The position numbers were made by a program, and so were the translations under genes. From contig CAWDRG010000001.1 of assembly GCA_963804645.1 (NCBI GenBank), positions 128,696-192,695 on the forward strand: a DNA stretch of 64,000 nucleotides, written 5' to 3'. Positions 11,787-20,924 of this stretch are shown here, one piece after another. The DNA comes from an uncultured Bacillota bacterium (GTDB lineage Bacteria > Sysuimicrobiota > Sysuimicrobiia > Sysuimicrobiales > Segetimicrobiaceae). Each line of letters opens with the position of its first letter. Position 1 is the stretch's first letter. The notes beneath the pieces are model-generated. The model worked only from the letters and a program-made list of their open reading frames with translations, was not told where the DNA came from and ran no database searches.

Positions 11787-11825
11787 TGTGCATAATTATA
11801 CAATACGAATTTATAAAGATGCAAC
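11787..11825. promoter_or_regulatory. Tandem ARG boxes (ArgR operator) over the carA promoter
   Basis: TGTGCATAATTATACAAT-3bp-AATTTATAAAGATGCAAC, 18+3+18 geometry; overlaps minus-strand TTGCAT-18-TATAAT. Confidence 0.8.
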
Positions 11826-11862
11826 CGGGGACATGCCGCGGCGCCGGACCGGGCGCGACCGG

Positions 11863-11973
11863 ACAAACGAAAGGGAGCCCGGGGGGCTCCCACACGTGCA
11901 GCCGTACCAACTCGGCGCACCATTGATCCCTCCCGGAGATCGTTAATGGTCCGCGCAACTGACTAGCGCACCA
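11863..11973 (-). ncRNA. Candidate small structured RNA with its own promoter and terminator
   Basis: TAGGCA-17-TACAAT promoter (12008-11980), long hairpin, terminator GGGAGCCC-ccc-GGGCTCCC-TTTCGTTT. Confidence 0.5.
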
Positions 11974-12069
11974 AGAGATATTGTATCTCGTCGCGACCCG
12001 TTTGCCTAGTCTCGCCTCTTGCTCAAACGGCGAACGCCGTCACGCGGGCACGACGAACCCCGCGAGGAA

Positions 12070-12996
12070 TCACGAGGCCGGCGCCTGCAGCACGACCGCC
12101 CGCCATTCTCCCTCGGCGACCGTCCGCCGGTGACGCAGGCCCGCCGCGTCCGCGGCACGCAGCACGTCGGCCACACGGTCCACGACGAGTCCCGACCCGA
12201 TGCACACGCCGCCGGGCTCGAGATGCGCGCGCAGATCCGGCAGCATCGGAATGATCACGTCGGCCACGATGTTCGCGACGATCACATCCGCGCGGGACGC
12301 CGTCCGGCGGAGGCCGTCGCCGCGGGCGACCCGCACGCGGGACGCGACGCCGTTCCGGCGCACGTTTTCGCGAGCGACGGCCACCGCGACCGGATCCTCG
12401 TCCACCGCGAGGACGCGGCCGGCGCCGAGGCGCGCCGCGGCGATGGCCAGGATCCCCGACCCGGTCCCCACGTCGAACACCACCCCCGCGGCGGGGACGG
12501 CCGTCAGCAGCGCGCGAAGGCAAAGGCGCGTCGACGGGTGCAGGCCCGTCCCGAACGCCATCCCGGGGTCGATCTCAATCACGAGGCTGCGCGCCGGCGC
12601 GGGCGTCCGCACCCAGCTCGGCCGCACGAACAGGCGCCCGACGCGCACCGGGCGCACGTGACGCCGCCACGCGGTCGCCCACCGCCGGGCCGCCACGGCG
12701 CGGTGCGAGACCCGGACGCGTCCCGGCTCCAACCCGAACGCGCGGAGGCCGCGCACGCGGGCGCGGAGGCCGCGCAGCGTCACCGCGAGCACCCGGGACG
12801 GCGGAAGATAGCAACGGAAGCGGCAACGGTCCGTCGCGGGGCGCTCCTCGATGAAGCCGCCGGAGCGCAGCTCCTGTAAAATCGCGCTGACGGCCTCGGC
12901 GACCCTCGCGGAGGCGTCGACGGTGATCTCGACCCACGTCCTCCCCGTCGCGCGGGCCCCGGCCGCTGCGCCGGCGCCGCGCGTCTTCGGGGTCAC
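12070..12996 (-). CDS. prmA: Ribosomal protein L11 methyltransferase
   Basis: IDPGMAFGTGLHPST, DVGTGSGILAI, ANI motif; downstream of dnaJ. Confidence 0.93.
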   Translation of the reverse strand: MTPKTRGAGAAAGARATGRTWVEITVDASARVAEAVSAILQELRSGGFIEERPATDRCRFRCYLPPSRVLAVTLRGLRARVRGLRAFGLEPGRVRVSHRAVAARRWATAWRRHVRPVRVGRLFVRPSWVRTPAPARSLVIEIDPGMAFGTGLHPSTRLCLRALLTAVPAAGVVFDVGTGSGILAIAAARLGAGRVLAVDEDPVAVAVARENVRRNGVASRVRVARGDGLRRTASRADVIVANIVADVIIPMLPDLRAHLEPGGVCIGSGLVVDRVADVLRAADAAGLRHRRTVAEGEWRAVVLQAPAS

Positions 12997-14099
12997 GCGA
13001 GGTGCGTGCGCATTTTGTCGAGGAGCGTCTTCTTCGCGGGCTTGATGTCCTCGCCGCGCAGCTTCGCGAACTGCGCGAGCGCCTTCACCTGGTCTTTGGT
13101 AAGGTCTCTCGGCACGGTCACCGCGAGGTGCACGGCGAGATCACCCCGACCGCCCCGGAGGCCCGGCATCCCCTTGCCCCGCAGGGTCACCACGGTCCCG
13201 GGCTGCGTGCCGGGCTGGACCGTGAGCGTGGTCCGCCCGTCGAGGGTCGGCGCCTCGATCTCCGCGCCGAGCGCCGCCTGCACCATCGAGATCGAGACGC
13301 CGCAGTGCAGGTCGTGCCCTTCCCGCGTGAACACCGCATGCTCCGCGATGCGCAGATCGACGTAGAGGTCGCCCCGGACCCCGCCCCGCATCCCCGCCTC
13401 GCCCTCACTCTGGATCCGCAGGCGTGTGCCATCCTCGACGCCCGGGGGGACTTTGACGTTGATCTCACGCTGCGCACGGACGCGGCCGCTGCCCCGGCAG
13501 TCGCGGCACGGCTTGCGGATGATCTTCCCCGCCCCGTGACACTGAGGACACGTGGCGATCTGCGCGAACTGGCCGATCGGGGTGCGGCGGCTGTACCGGA
13601 CCTGGCCGGCGCCGTGGCAGGTGGGGCAGGATTCGGGGGCGCTCCCTTTCTCCGCGCCGGTCCCGAAGCACACGGAGCAGGTCTCCTCGCGCACGATCGA
13701 AATTGTCCGCTCGGTGCCGTGCGCGGCGTCCTCGAGCGTCACCTCCACCACGACCCGGAGATCGCTCCCGCGCTCGGGCCCGGGCTCCCCGCCCCGCTGC
13801 CCCTGGTGACCGAAAAACATGTCGAAGATGTCGTCGAAGGCCGTACCGCCGCCGAACGGCCGGCCGGCCAAGCCGTCCGCCTCACCGCGGTCATAGCGGG
13901 CGCGCCGCTCGGGATCGCCGAGCACCTGATACGCGGCGTTGATCTCCTTGAAGCGTTCGGCGAAGCGTTCGGCCGCCTGCGGGTCCTGGTTCACGTCCGG
14001 ATGGTGCTCGCGGGCGAGCTGGCGGAACGCCCGCTTGATCTCGTCCTGGCTTGCCGTCCGGGGCACGCCCAGCGTGTCGTAAAAGTCTCGACCGGCCAT
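12993..14099 (-). CDS. dnaJ: Chaperone DnaJ
   Basis: J domain with HPD, four CxxCxGxG zinc-finger repeats. Confidence 0.96.
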   Translation of the reverse strand: MAGRDFYDTLGVPRTASQDEIKRAFRQLAREHHPDVNQDPQAAERFAERFKEINAAYQVLGDPERRARYDRGEADGLAGRPFGGGTAFDDIFDMFFGHQGQRGGEPGPERGSDLRVVVEVTLEDAAHGTERTISIVREETCSVCFGTGAEKGSAPESCPTCHGAGQVRYSRRTPIGQFAQIATCPQCHGAGKIIRKPCRDCRGSGRVRAQREINVKVPPGVEDGTRLRIQSEGEAGMRGGVRGDLYVDLRIAEHAVFTREGHDLHCGVSISMVQAALGAEIEAPTLDGRTTLTVQPGTQPGTVVTLRGKGMPGLRGGRGDLAVHLAVTVPRDLTKDQVKALAQFAKLRGEDIKPAKKTLLDKMRTHLA

Positions 14100-14110
14100 C
14101 GGGATTGACC

Positions 14111-15133
14111 CTAGCGCTGCTCGAGCGTGTTGCCGAGGCTGTCGGCCAGAAACCGCACCAAGCTGATCACCCGTCCGTACCGCATGCGGGTCGGCCCGAC
14201 GATGCCGAGCACGCCGGCGGGACGGTCGGCCACGTAATACGTTGCGGCCACCACACTGCAGTCGCGCATCTCCTCGCGCCGATTTTCCGCGCCGATCGTC
14301 ACGCGCACGCCGGACGGTCCCTGGTCCTCCCCGAGCAGGTCTTCCACAAGATCCTCCCGCTCGAGCGCCGAGAGCACCGGCTGCGCGCGCCTGGCGTCCT
14401 GAAACTCCGGCTGCTTCAGGATGTTGGCCTGCCCTTCAGCGTAAATCCGGCCCGACGGACGGTGGAACCGCTCCCGCAGCAGTGTGCCGACCTGGTCCAG
14501 CACCCTCTGGTAGTGCGCCGCCTCGCCGATCACCGTCGCGAGGACCCGATCGCTCAGATCGCTGAGCGACCGGCCGGCGATCCGGCGGCTGATCTCCTGG
14601 GACAGACGGTCGCACTCCTCGGCCGACACCGGCTCCGCGAACTCCACCGTCTTGCCCTCGAACACCTCGGCATCGGTCACGATCACGGCCATCGCGCGCT
14701 GCGGGGTCAACGGAATCAGGTGAAAGTGCCGCACCACCTGTTCCCGCAGCGTCGGCGCCGCCACGACGGACGCGCACTCCGTCGCCACGGCCAGCGCGCG
14801 CGCCGCCTGCTCGACGGCCTGGTCAAACTCCGTCGCGGCGAGCGACCGGCGGATCCGGAGGCGGTCGGCGGGCGGAACCTGCTCTTCCGCCATCATCGAA
14901 TCCACGTACACCCGGTAGCCTTGGTCGGTCGGGACCCGTCCGGCGGAATGATGCGGCTGATGCAGGTAGCCCAATTCCTCGAGCGCGGCCATCTCGTTCC
15001 GCACGGTCGCGGAACTCACCTCGAGCCCATGACGCTGCCGCGCCGCTTCGCTACCGACCGGCTCAGCGGTCACGATATAGTCGTCGATCACGACCCTGAG
15101 GATCTCACGCCGTCGGCCCTCAAGCTGACCCAT
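14111..15133 (-). CDS. hrcA: Heat-inducible transcription repressor
   Basis: EPVGS, SSATVRNEMAALEELGYLHQPHHSAGRVPT, GIVGPTRMRY. Confidence 0.96.
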   Translation of the reverse strand: MGQLEGRRREILRVVIDDYIVTAEPVGSEAARQRHGLEVSSATVRNEMAALEELGYLHQPHHSAGRVPTDQGYRVYVDSMMAEEQVPPADRLRIRRSLAATEFDQAVEQAARALAVATECASVVAAPTLREQVVRHFHLIPLTPQRAMAVIVTDAEVFEGKTVEFAEPVSAEECDRLSQEISRRIAGRSLSDLSDRVLATVIGEAAHYQRVLDQVGTLLRERFHRPSGRIYAEGQANILKQPEFQDARRAQPVLSALEREDLVEDLLGEDQGPSGVRVTIGAENRREEMRDCSVVAATYYVADRPAGVLGIVGPTRMRYGRVISLVRFLADSLGNTLEQR

Positions 15134-15148
15134 CGCGAGCTCCTTTGA

Positions 15149-15175
15149 TTAGCACTCCATTCCCTCGAGTGCTAA
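15149..15175. promoter_or_regulatory. CIRCE element (HrcA operator)
   Basis: Perfect TTAGCACTC-N9-GAGTGCTAA upstream of hrcA. Confidence 0.98.
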
Positions 15176-15188
15176 GTCGTTAGGCAAC

Positions 15189-15217
15189 AGCCTATCACCT
15201 GTTCGATAACCTGGCAA
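15189..15217 (-). promoter_or_regulatory. Sigma70-type promoter of hrcA
   Basis: TTGCCA-17-TAGGCT with TGn extended -10, just upstream of CIRCE. Confidence 0.7.
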
Positions 15218-15340
15218 GGGCTCGAGTCTTGCTACCTCACACCTCAACGGAAATTGGATCGTCACGTCAAAAACCCTGTTATCCCGACGCGGCGCACCAC
15301 GCCTTCGCGGGCCTCGGCGCGCGAGTTTGCACGGCGGGTC

Positions 15341-16852
15341 TCACGGCGGGGCCGGGCGCGCCGCGCCGCCAGGGACGGGCACCCGCACCACGACTGTATA
15401 CGCGCCCATCTTTAATATCCGCACCGGCCCGCCCAGCGTACGCGCCGCGGCCGCGACGGTCATACCCCGCTCGAGCGCCACCGCCGGATCCCCCGTGAAC
15501 ACCACAAACTGAGGTGGCATCGTGTACCAGCGGGCGCTCGACAGCTGGAGCCAGCGCGTCAGCCGCCCCTGCTCTTCGACGACCGGGCGCACGGCGACGC
15601 GTCCGGCGGTCTCGACCGTCATGATCGACGCGTCCCAATAGGCGCCGTACCCGTACGACAGCCGGTGCTCCTGGAGCCAGCGCGCAACCGGCAGCTCCGG
15701 TTGGGGAGCCGGCGGCACGAGAAAGTGCAGCAGGAACGCCGGGATCGAGACCACCGCCGCCAGAGCGAGGGCGGCGTAGCCGACGCGCGCGCGGCGATCG
15801 GTCGGTCCCGCGGCGAGGGCGGCGCCGGCCCGCCGGCCCGCGAGGATCGCGCCGCAGAAGAATGCGGGCACCACGTACCGCGACTGGCTCCCCTGCGTGC
15901 TGAGCACCATCTCGGCGGCGCTCACGACGACGGCCGCGGCGAGCACGGCGTCGAGCCAGCCGCCTCGACGACGACGCCGGATCCAGGTCGTAAGCTCGAC
16001 GCCGACGCACCACAGCACGACCGCACACAGCACGCTCCGCCCCAGCACCAGGACCGTCTGCGGGGCGGCCGGCAGCCCGACGACGTCGCCCCCGCCGAGT
16101 GCAAACCACCACCGCACGAGCTGGAGGAGATTGGGACCGGTCTGGCCGGGTGCGGTCAGCACCACGTCGCTGTGGACATCGACGAAGCCGCCCGTGGACG
16201 CCGCAAGGGACAGCAGCGCGCCCGCCAGGACCAGCGATGCCGCGAGCCAGACCACCACCGCGCCCGCCTGGCGCCGCGCGGGCCCCACGGCATCAAGGGC
16301 GACCACGAGGGCGCAGGGCACCCACACCATCCAGCCGGCGATCGGGTCTCCCGCGATGGCGCAGCCGAACAGAACCGCGGCCGCGCCGAACCGCACCGGG
16401 TGCGGACCGACTGGCGGCGCGGCCGCCGTTTCGTCCCCGGGATCCACGAGCAGCAGCGCGGCCAGCACCAGCAGCATCGTGCCCAGGTGGATCGCGGGGC
16501 GCAGCGCGATCGCCGCGAGGGCAAAGTTCCCGCCCCACAAGGCCGGCGGCAGCCCGATCACGAGAAACGTGAGGGTCGCCGAGGACGCCGCCGCCCATGC
16601 GCGGTACGGGCGCGCGGCGAGCGCGCACGATGCCGCCACGAGCAGCGCGTAGACCAGCGAGGGGAGCTGAAAGAGGAGCGCCAGCACGGGTCCGGCCCTC
16701 GCCACCGCGGGCACGTACCAGAGCGCCTCGCTCGGCCAAAAGTTGTCCGAGGTCAGCACCCAGCCCCGCAGGTTCCAGTTGCCGCGCAGCAGGTCCTGCG
16801 CTTCGAGCACGATGCGGGCGTCGTCGGACGTTCGGATGAACCGATGGGCCAC
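15341..16852 (-). CDS. Polytopic membrane protein, probable GT-C-type glycosyltransferase
   Basis: Many TM helices, SDD acidic motif in the first loop, C-terminal YGYGAYWDA; the reading frame extends upstream, so the start is uncertain. Confidence 0.6.
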   Translation of the reverse strand: MAHRFIRTSDDARIVLEAQDLLRGNWNLRGWVLTSDNFWPSEALWYVPAVARAGPVLALLFQLPSLVYALLVAASCALAARPYRAWAAASSATLTFLVIGLPPALWGGNFALAAIALRPAIHLGTMLLVLAALLLVDPGDETAAAPPVGPHPVRFGAAAVLFGCAIAGDPIAGWMVWVPCALVVALDAVGPARRQAGAVVVWLAASLVLAGALLSLAASTGGFVDVHSDVVLTAPGQTGPNLLQLVRWWFALGGGDVVGLPAAPQTVLVLGRSVLCAVVLWCVGVELTTWIRRRRRGGWLDAVLAAAVVVSAAEMVLSTQGSQSRYVVPAFFCGAILAGRRAGAALAAGPTDRRARVGYAALALAAVVSIPAFLLHFLVPPAPQPELPVARWLQEHRLSYGYGAYWDASIMTVETAGRVAVRPVVEEQGRLTRWLQLSSARWYTMPPQFVVFTGDPAVALERGMTVAAAARTLGGPVRILKMGAYTVVVRVPVPGGAARPAPP

Positions 16853-17013
16853 CTGGAGGTACGCCGCGTCCAGCGCGGCAACGCCCGCGAGCAGAAGGAC
16901 CGCCGCACCCGCCGCGCCCCACGGCCGAGGAGGGAGCGCGGCATCGTGTCGGGCGGAGGCACGGCGCCTCCGGCGTGCGCTCAGGCGTCAGTCTCCGGCA
17001 GCGGACGCGGCAG

Positions 17014-17739
17014 TCACGCGTGCGGCACCGGGCATGTGGTCGGCTGGTTGTTGAGCCCTTCGGCGTCGCGCACAAACACGGTGGACACCTTTCCGTCGAG
17101 TTGGGCGACCCGGACGACGAAGAGACTGTCAAATTCGCTCCCCGGCCACGCCGGCACGCTGGCGGGATCCCCGCCGCCCAGCGCGATCAGATGCCGCACC
17201 AGCATGGTGAGCAGAGTATGCTCCCACGCGACAAAGATGAGCGCATGGGCGTTCGCGGGCGTGAGCAACGCCTGCTGCAGGGCATCAATCTGCTCGGCAC
17301 CAAACTGCGTGTTCACGGGCATGCCCAGTTGGATGGCGGTCGGCTCGATCGTCGCGAGGGCCCGAATATAGTTGTACGCGACCCCGTTGTCGACCATTTG
17401 ATGCCCCGGGTCGGGAGCGAAGATCTCGTCGGGTCGGCCAAATTTGGCGAGCAGGGCGCGGGGCAGCGCCAACGAACGATTCAGTCCCTGACAGTCGAGT
17501 TGGCCGAGGCCTTGTGCCGGCTTCTCTCCGTGTCTCATGAAGACAATCGTTTCCTGCGCGCCGCCGGGCGCCGCGGCATACCCCGGTGACGCGAGCAGCA
17601 CAGAGCCCAGCACCACCGACAGGATCTCCCGACTCCCGCCGATCAGCCGCGCGACGCGAACGGCGAGCCCCGCTCGAACGACTCGCGGGAGATCCCCCTC
17701 ACGGCCCCGCGCCCACGTCTTCCGATCACGCCTGTGCAT
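17014..17739 (-). CDS. Exported histidine-phosphatase-superfamily protein
   Basis: IVFMRHGEK motif after a hydrophobic signal-like segment, AWEH; ATG 17739 after a GGGGAGGGG SD. Confidence 0.72.
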   Translation of the reverse strand: MHRRDRKTWARGREGDLPRVVRAGLAVRVARLIGGSREILSVVLGSVLLASPGYAAAPGGAQETIVFMRHGEKPAQGLGQLDCQGLNRSLALPRALLAKFGRPDEIFAPDPGHQMVDNGVAYNYIRALATIEPTAIQLGMPVNTQFGAEQIDALQQALLTPANAHALIFVAWEHTLLTMLVRHLIALGGGDPASVPAWPGSEFDSLFVVRVAQLDGKVSTVFVRDAEGLNNQPTTCPVPHA

Positions 17740-17810
17740 TCGCGTCCCCTCCCCGGCCGGATGCGTGTGCGCGGATCCAGGCGCGCACTGGCCGCGCACA
17801 GCGTCCCGGC

Positions 17811-19421
17811 CTACGCGCGCCCCCCGCGGCCGAACGCGCGGAGCAGCTCGATCTCCCGGACCCCGAGCGCGGCGCAAACGGCCAGATACACCGCGCCGCC
17901 GAGCAACAGGGCCGTCCCAAGCTGCACCACGGCGCCGCCCAGGTGCGCGGCGCTGACGAACCTCCCCAGCACACGCAGCGTGATCAGCATCGTCACGGCG
18001 AGCGCGGCGGACGCGATCGCGGTGCGGACCGCCGTCAGGGCAATGTCCCGACCGCCGAGCCGGCCGAGGCGCCCGCGCAGCAGCCACAAGAGGACGCCCA
18101 CGTTCACGATCGAGACGACCGAGGTGCAGAGCGAGATGCCCAGGTACCCGAACCACCGGAGCAGCAGCCAGTTCCCGGCCGCGTTCAGGGCGATCATGAA
18201 GACCCCTACCCGCACCGGCGTGCGCATGTCGTGGAGGGCGTAGTACGTGCGCGTCACGATATAGTAGGCGGCGTACGGCACGGTGCCGACGGCGAACGCC
18301 GCCAGCGCTCCGGCGACGGCCTGCGTCGCCGCCGGCTCGAACATCCCCCGCTGGAACAGCACCCGGACCATGAGGTGGCTCGCCGCGAACGTCGCCGCCA
18401 TCACCGGCATCATCGTGAACAGCACGCCCCGGAGCCCGAGCGACGTCGTGTCCCGCAGCTCGTCCCTCCCGCTGCCCGCGGCGTGCCGCGACATCGTGGG
18501 GAACAGCGCGGTGGCGAGCGACAGCGCGAAGATCGCGACCGGCGCCTGGATCAGCTGAAACGCGTAGTCGAGCACGGCCACGTAATCGACACCCGGCGGG
18601 CCGACCAGGAACGAGGCGAAAAAGCGGTTGACGTTCGAGTTGATCTCGATCACGGCGAGGCCGAGCATCGCCGGCAGCGCCAGCCGCCCCATGTCCCGGA
18701 TCACGGGATGCGCCAAGTCGATGCGCGGCGTCCAGCGCAGGCCGGCCGCGCGCGCGGACGGCAGCTGGACCAGGAACTGCGCCACCCATCCCGCGAGAAA
18801 GCTCAGGGCGATGCCGAGGATCCCGATCCGGGGCGCGAGCAGGAACACGCCCCCGATGATGACGACGTTGAAGACGCTCGGCGCGACCGCCGCCATCGTG
18901 AACTGCCGGTGCGCGTTGAGGTAGCCGGTCGCGAACGCCGACAGCGCGAGGAACACCATCGACACGAACATCACACGGGTCAGGACGATCGCCTGCGCGA
19001 TGACGCCGGGATTGTGGATCAGGTATCCCGGCGCGGCGATCGGCACCAGCACCGGCGCCGCGACCACGCCGATGACCACCATCGCCAGGCCGATCAGAAT
19101 GACCAGGTTGAGCGTGCTCGTGACGACCCGCTCGGTCTCTTCCGGGTCTCCCCGCAGCAGCACGCGGGTCAGCGTGGGGATGAAGACGATGCTGAGGGTG
19201 CCGCCGAGGAAGAGACGCTGGACGAAGAACGGAAGGGAGTACGCGATCACGAACGCGGCTCTGACCGACGTCGCGCCGAACATCGCGGCGATCACGACGT
19301 CCCGGACCAGACCGAGGACTCGGCTCGCGATCGTCGCGACGGCGATCACGCTGGCCGCTCGAGCCAACCCACGGGCCGAGGTCGCGGGACGAGCCGTGGC
19401 CCCGGGTTTGACGCTCTCCAT
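17811..19421 (-). CDS. murJ: Lipid II flippase MurJ
   Basis: SRVLGLVRD, FIP, ATALFP, YYALHDMRTP motifs; many TM segments. Confidence 0.93.
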   Translation of the reverse strand: MESVKPGATARPATSARGLARAASVIAVATIASRVLGLVRDVVIAAMFGATSVRAAFVIAYSLPFFVQRLFLGGTLSIVFIPTLTRVLLRGDPEETERVVTSTLNLVILIGLAMVVIGVVAAPVLVPIAAPGYLIHNPGVIAQAIVLTRVMFVSMVFLALSAFATGYLNAHRQFTMAAVAPSVFNVVIIGGVFLLAPRIGILGIALSFLAGWVAQFLVQLPSARAAGLRWTPRIDLAHPVIRDMGRLALPAMLGLAVIEINSNVNRFFASFLVGPPGVDYVAVLDYAFQLIQAPVAIFALSLATALFPTMSRHAAGSGRDELRDTTSLGLRGVLFTMMPVMAATFAASHLMVRVLFQRGMFEPAATQAVAGALAAFAVGTVPYAAYYIVTRTYYALHDMRTPVRVGVFMIALNAAGNWLLLRWFGYLGISLCTSVVSIVNVGVLLWLLRGRLGRLGGRDIALTAVRTAIASAALAVTMLITLRVLGRFVSAAHLGGAVVQLGTALLLGGAVYLAVCAALGVREIELLRAFGRGGRA

Positions 19422-19565
19422 AGTCGCCGACATTATAGCACAGGCCTCACGCGGACCATCGCGATGGGAAGCACACGGTAGTGTACGGTGTTGTGTGTAA
19501 AAGCAGGGACCCCAAGAGAGAGGGCGTACCCCCGACCTGACCAACCGAAAGGAGGGATACGCCCG

Positions 19566-20924
19566 ATGGCCAGTGTAGCCGCACTGACCGATCTCACCGT
19601 AGCCGATTTGTGGAGGGAGGTCAAGGATGAAGCGACCTTGTGGGGCGACGTGTCTCGGGAGACGCTCCGCACGGTCAAGCTCTTGTTGGAGAACCGGATG
19701 CACGATGAGTTGATCAACCATCTGAATGCTGGCCGGTATACTCGGAATCCGGACCGGCAGGGGTATCGGAATGGCGTCTACCGCCGCCGCTTGGTGACGA
19801 CGTGGGGCACCATTCCCGATCTCCATATCCCCCGGGCCCGCCAGAGCGGGTTCCAGCCCTCGGTGCTCGGCCGCTACCAGCGCCGCACCAGCGACGTCAA
19901 CGCGCTCGTCCGCGCCGTCTTCCTCGGCGGCCTCTCGACCCGCCAGGTCGGGCCCGTCCTCGCCAAGCTGCTCGACGACGTGGTGAGTCCCACGACCGTC
20001 TCGACGATCACCCGGGCCTTAGATCAGGCCGCGGCGGCCTTCCACCACCGGACGCTGGGCGATGACTATCAATATCTGTTCCTCGACGCCGTCAGTCTCC
20101 GGGTGAAAGGGCTCGCGGGGAGCAAGCGCCGCTTGATTCTCGTGGCCTACGGCATTCGGCCGACCGGGCAGCGGGACCTGATCGATTTCCGGCTGGCCCG
20201 CTACGAGACCCAAGCCACCTGGGAAGCCTTTCTCACGACGCTGGCCTGCCGCGGGTTGGTGGGGAAACAGTTGCAGCTGATTACGACGGACGGCCAGCGG
20301 GGCCTCCATGCCGCCCTCGATTTGGTCTATTCGGACGTCCCGCGCCAAGCGTGCTGGGTCCATGTCCTCCGCAACGTGGCGAATCGGCTGCGGGTCAAGG
20401 ACCGGGAGGCGTGTCTGCGGATGGCGCGCCGGATCTATCAGGCGCCGACCGTCCACGCCGCGAGCCGCCTCCTGCGGCAGTGGGTCCAGGCCTGGCAGGC
20501 CACGGCCCCGGCGGCGGTCGCCTGTCTGACGCGCGAGGAAGACGCCCTGCTCAGCTTCTATGCCGTCGCCGAGGCGGACTGGCGACGGGTGCGCACGACG
20601 AACGCGATCGAACGGGTGTTTCGCGAAGTCCGCCGGCGCACGCGCCCCATGACGTGCTTCACGAACGTGGCCAGCTGTGATCGGATTATCTATGCGATCG
20701 TGTATGCTCTGAACGTCCGGCAGGCGAGGCGCTCTCTCTCAAGGGAATCTACACATAACTCTAGTATGAGAGTCAACGGTCGGGTGAAAAGGATCTGGAC
20801 CGTCCCCCCGGTACCGGTGAGTGGGGCCCGTGATGCCCACTACCCTCCCGGAGGAGGCGATCCAGATGCAGATGACGATCGGAGTGCGCCGGCGTATCGC
20901 GAAACAGACCCAACGCCGAGCTGA
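19566..20924 (+). CDS. IS256-family (Mutator) transposase, C-terminally extended by the nested insertion
   Basis: GYRNG, YLFLDA, TTDG, CxxH (CWVH), RTTNAIERVFREVRRR; the native stop TGA now lies at 22445-22447. Confidence 0.93.
   Translation: MASVAALTDLTVADLWREVKDEATLWGDVSRETLRTVKLLLENRMHDELINHLNAGRYTRNPDRQGYRNGVYRRRLVTTWGTIPDLHIPRARQSGFQPSVLGRYQRRTSDVNALVRAVFLGGLSTRQVGPVLAKLLDDVVSPTTVSTITRALDQAAAAFHHRTLGDDYQYLFLDAVSLRVKGLAGSKRRLILVAYGIRPTGQRDLIDFRLARYETQATWEAFLTTLACRGLVGKQLQLITTDGQRGLHAALDLVYSDVPRQACWVHVLRNVANRLRVKDREACLRMARRIYQAPTVHAASRLLRQWVQAWQATAPAAVACLTREEDALLSFYAVAEADWRRVRTTNAIERVFREVRRRTRPMTCFTNVASCDRIIYAIVYALNVRQARRSLSRESTHNSSMRVNGRVKRIWTVPPVPVSGARDAHYPPGGGDPDADDDRSAPAYRETDPTPS

Noticed and set aside
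11744..11923. Arg-containing ORF MVRRVG... as a classical leader-peptide attenuator for carA
   Set aside because: It reads through the terminator rather than stopping before it, no antiterminator was identified, and carA has its own downstream promoter
11900..11960. SRP 4.5S RNA
   Set aside because: It has a GGGA-capped hairpin but lacks the CAGG/AGCAG helix-8 internal loop
20838..20844. CACTACC in the IS110 5' end, identical to the last 7 nt of the IS256 IR
   Set aside because: Not anchored on the CT core, and explainable as the pairing partner of GGTGAGTG in a local hairpin
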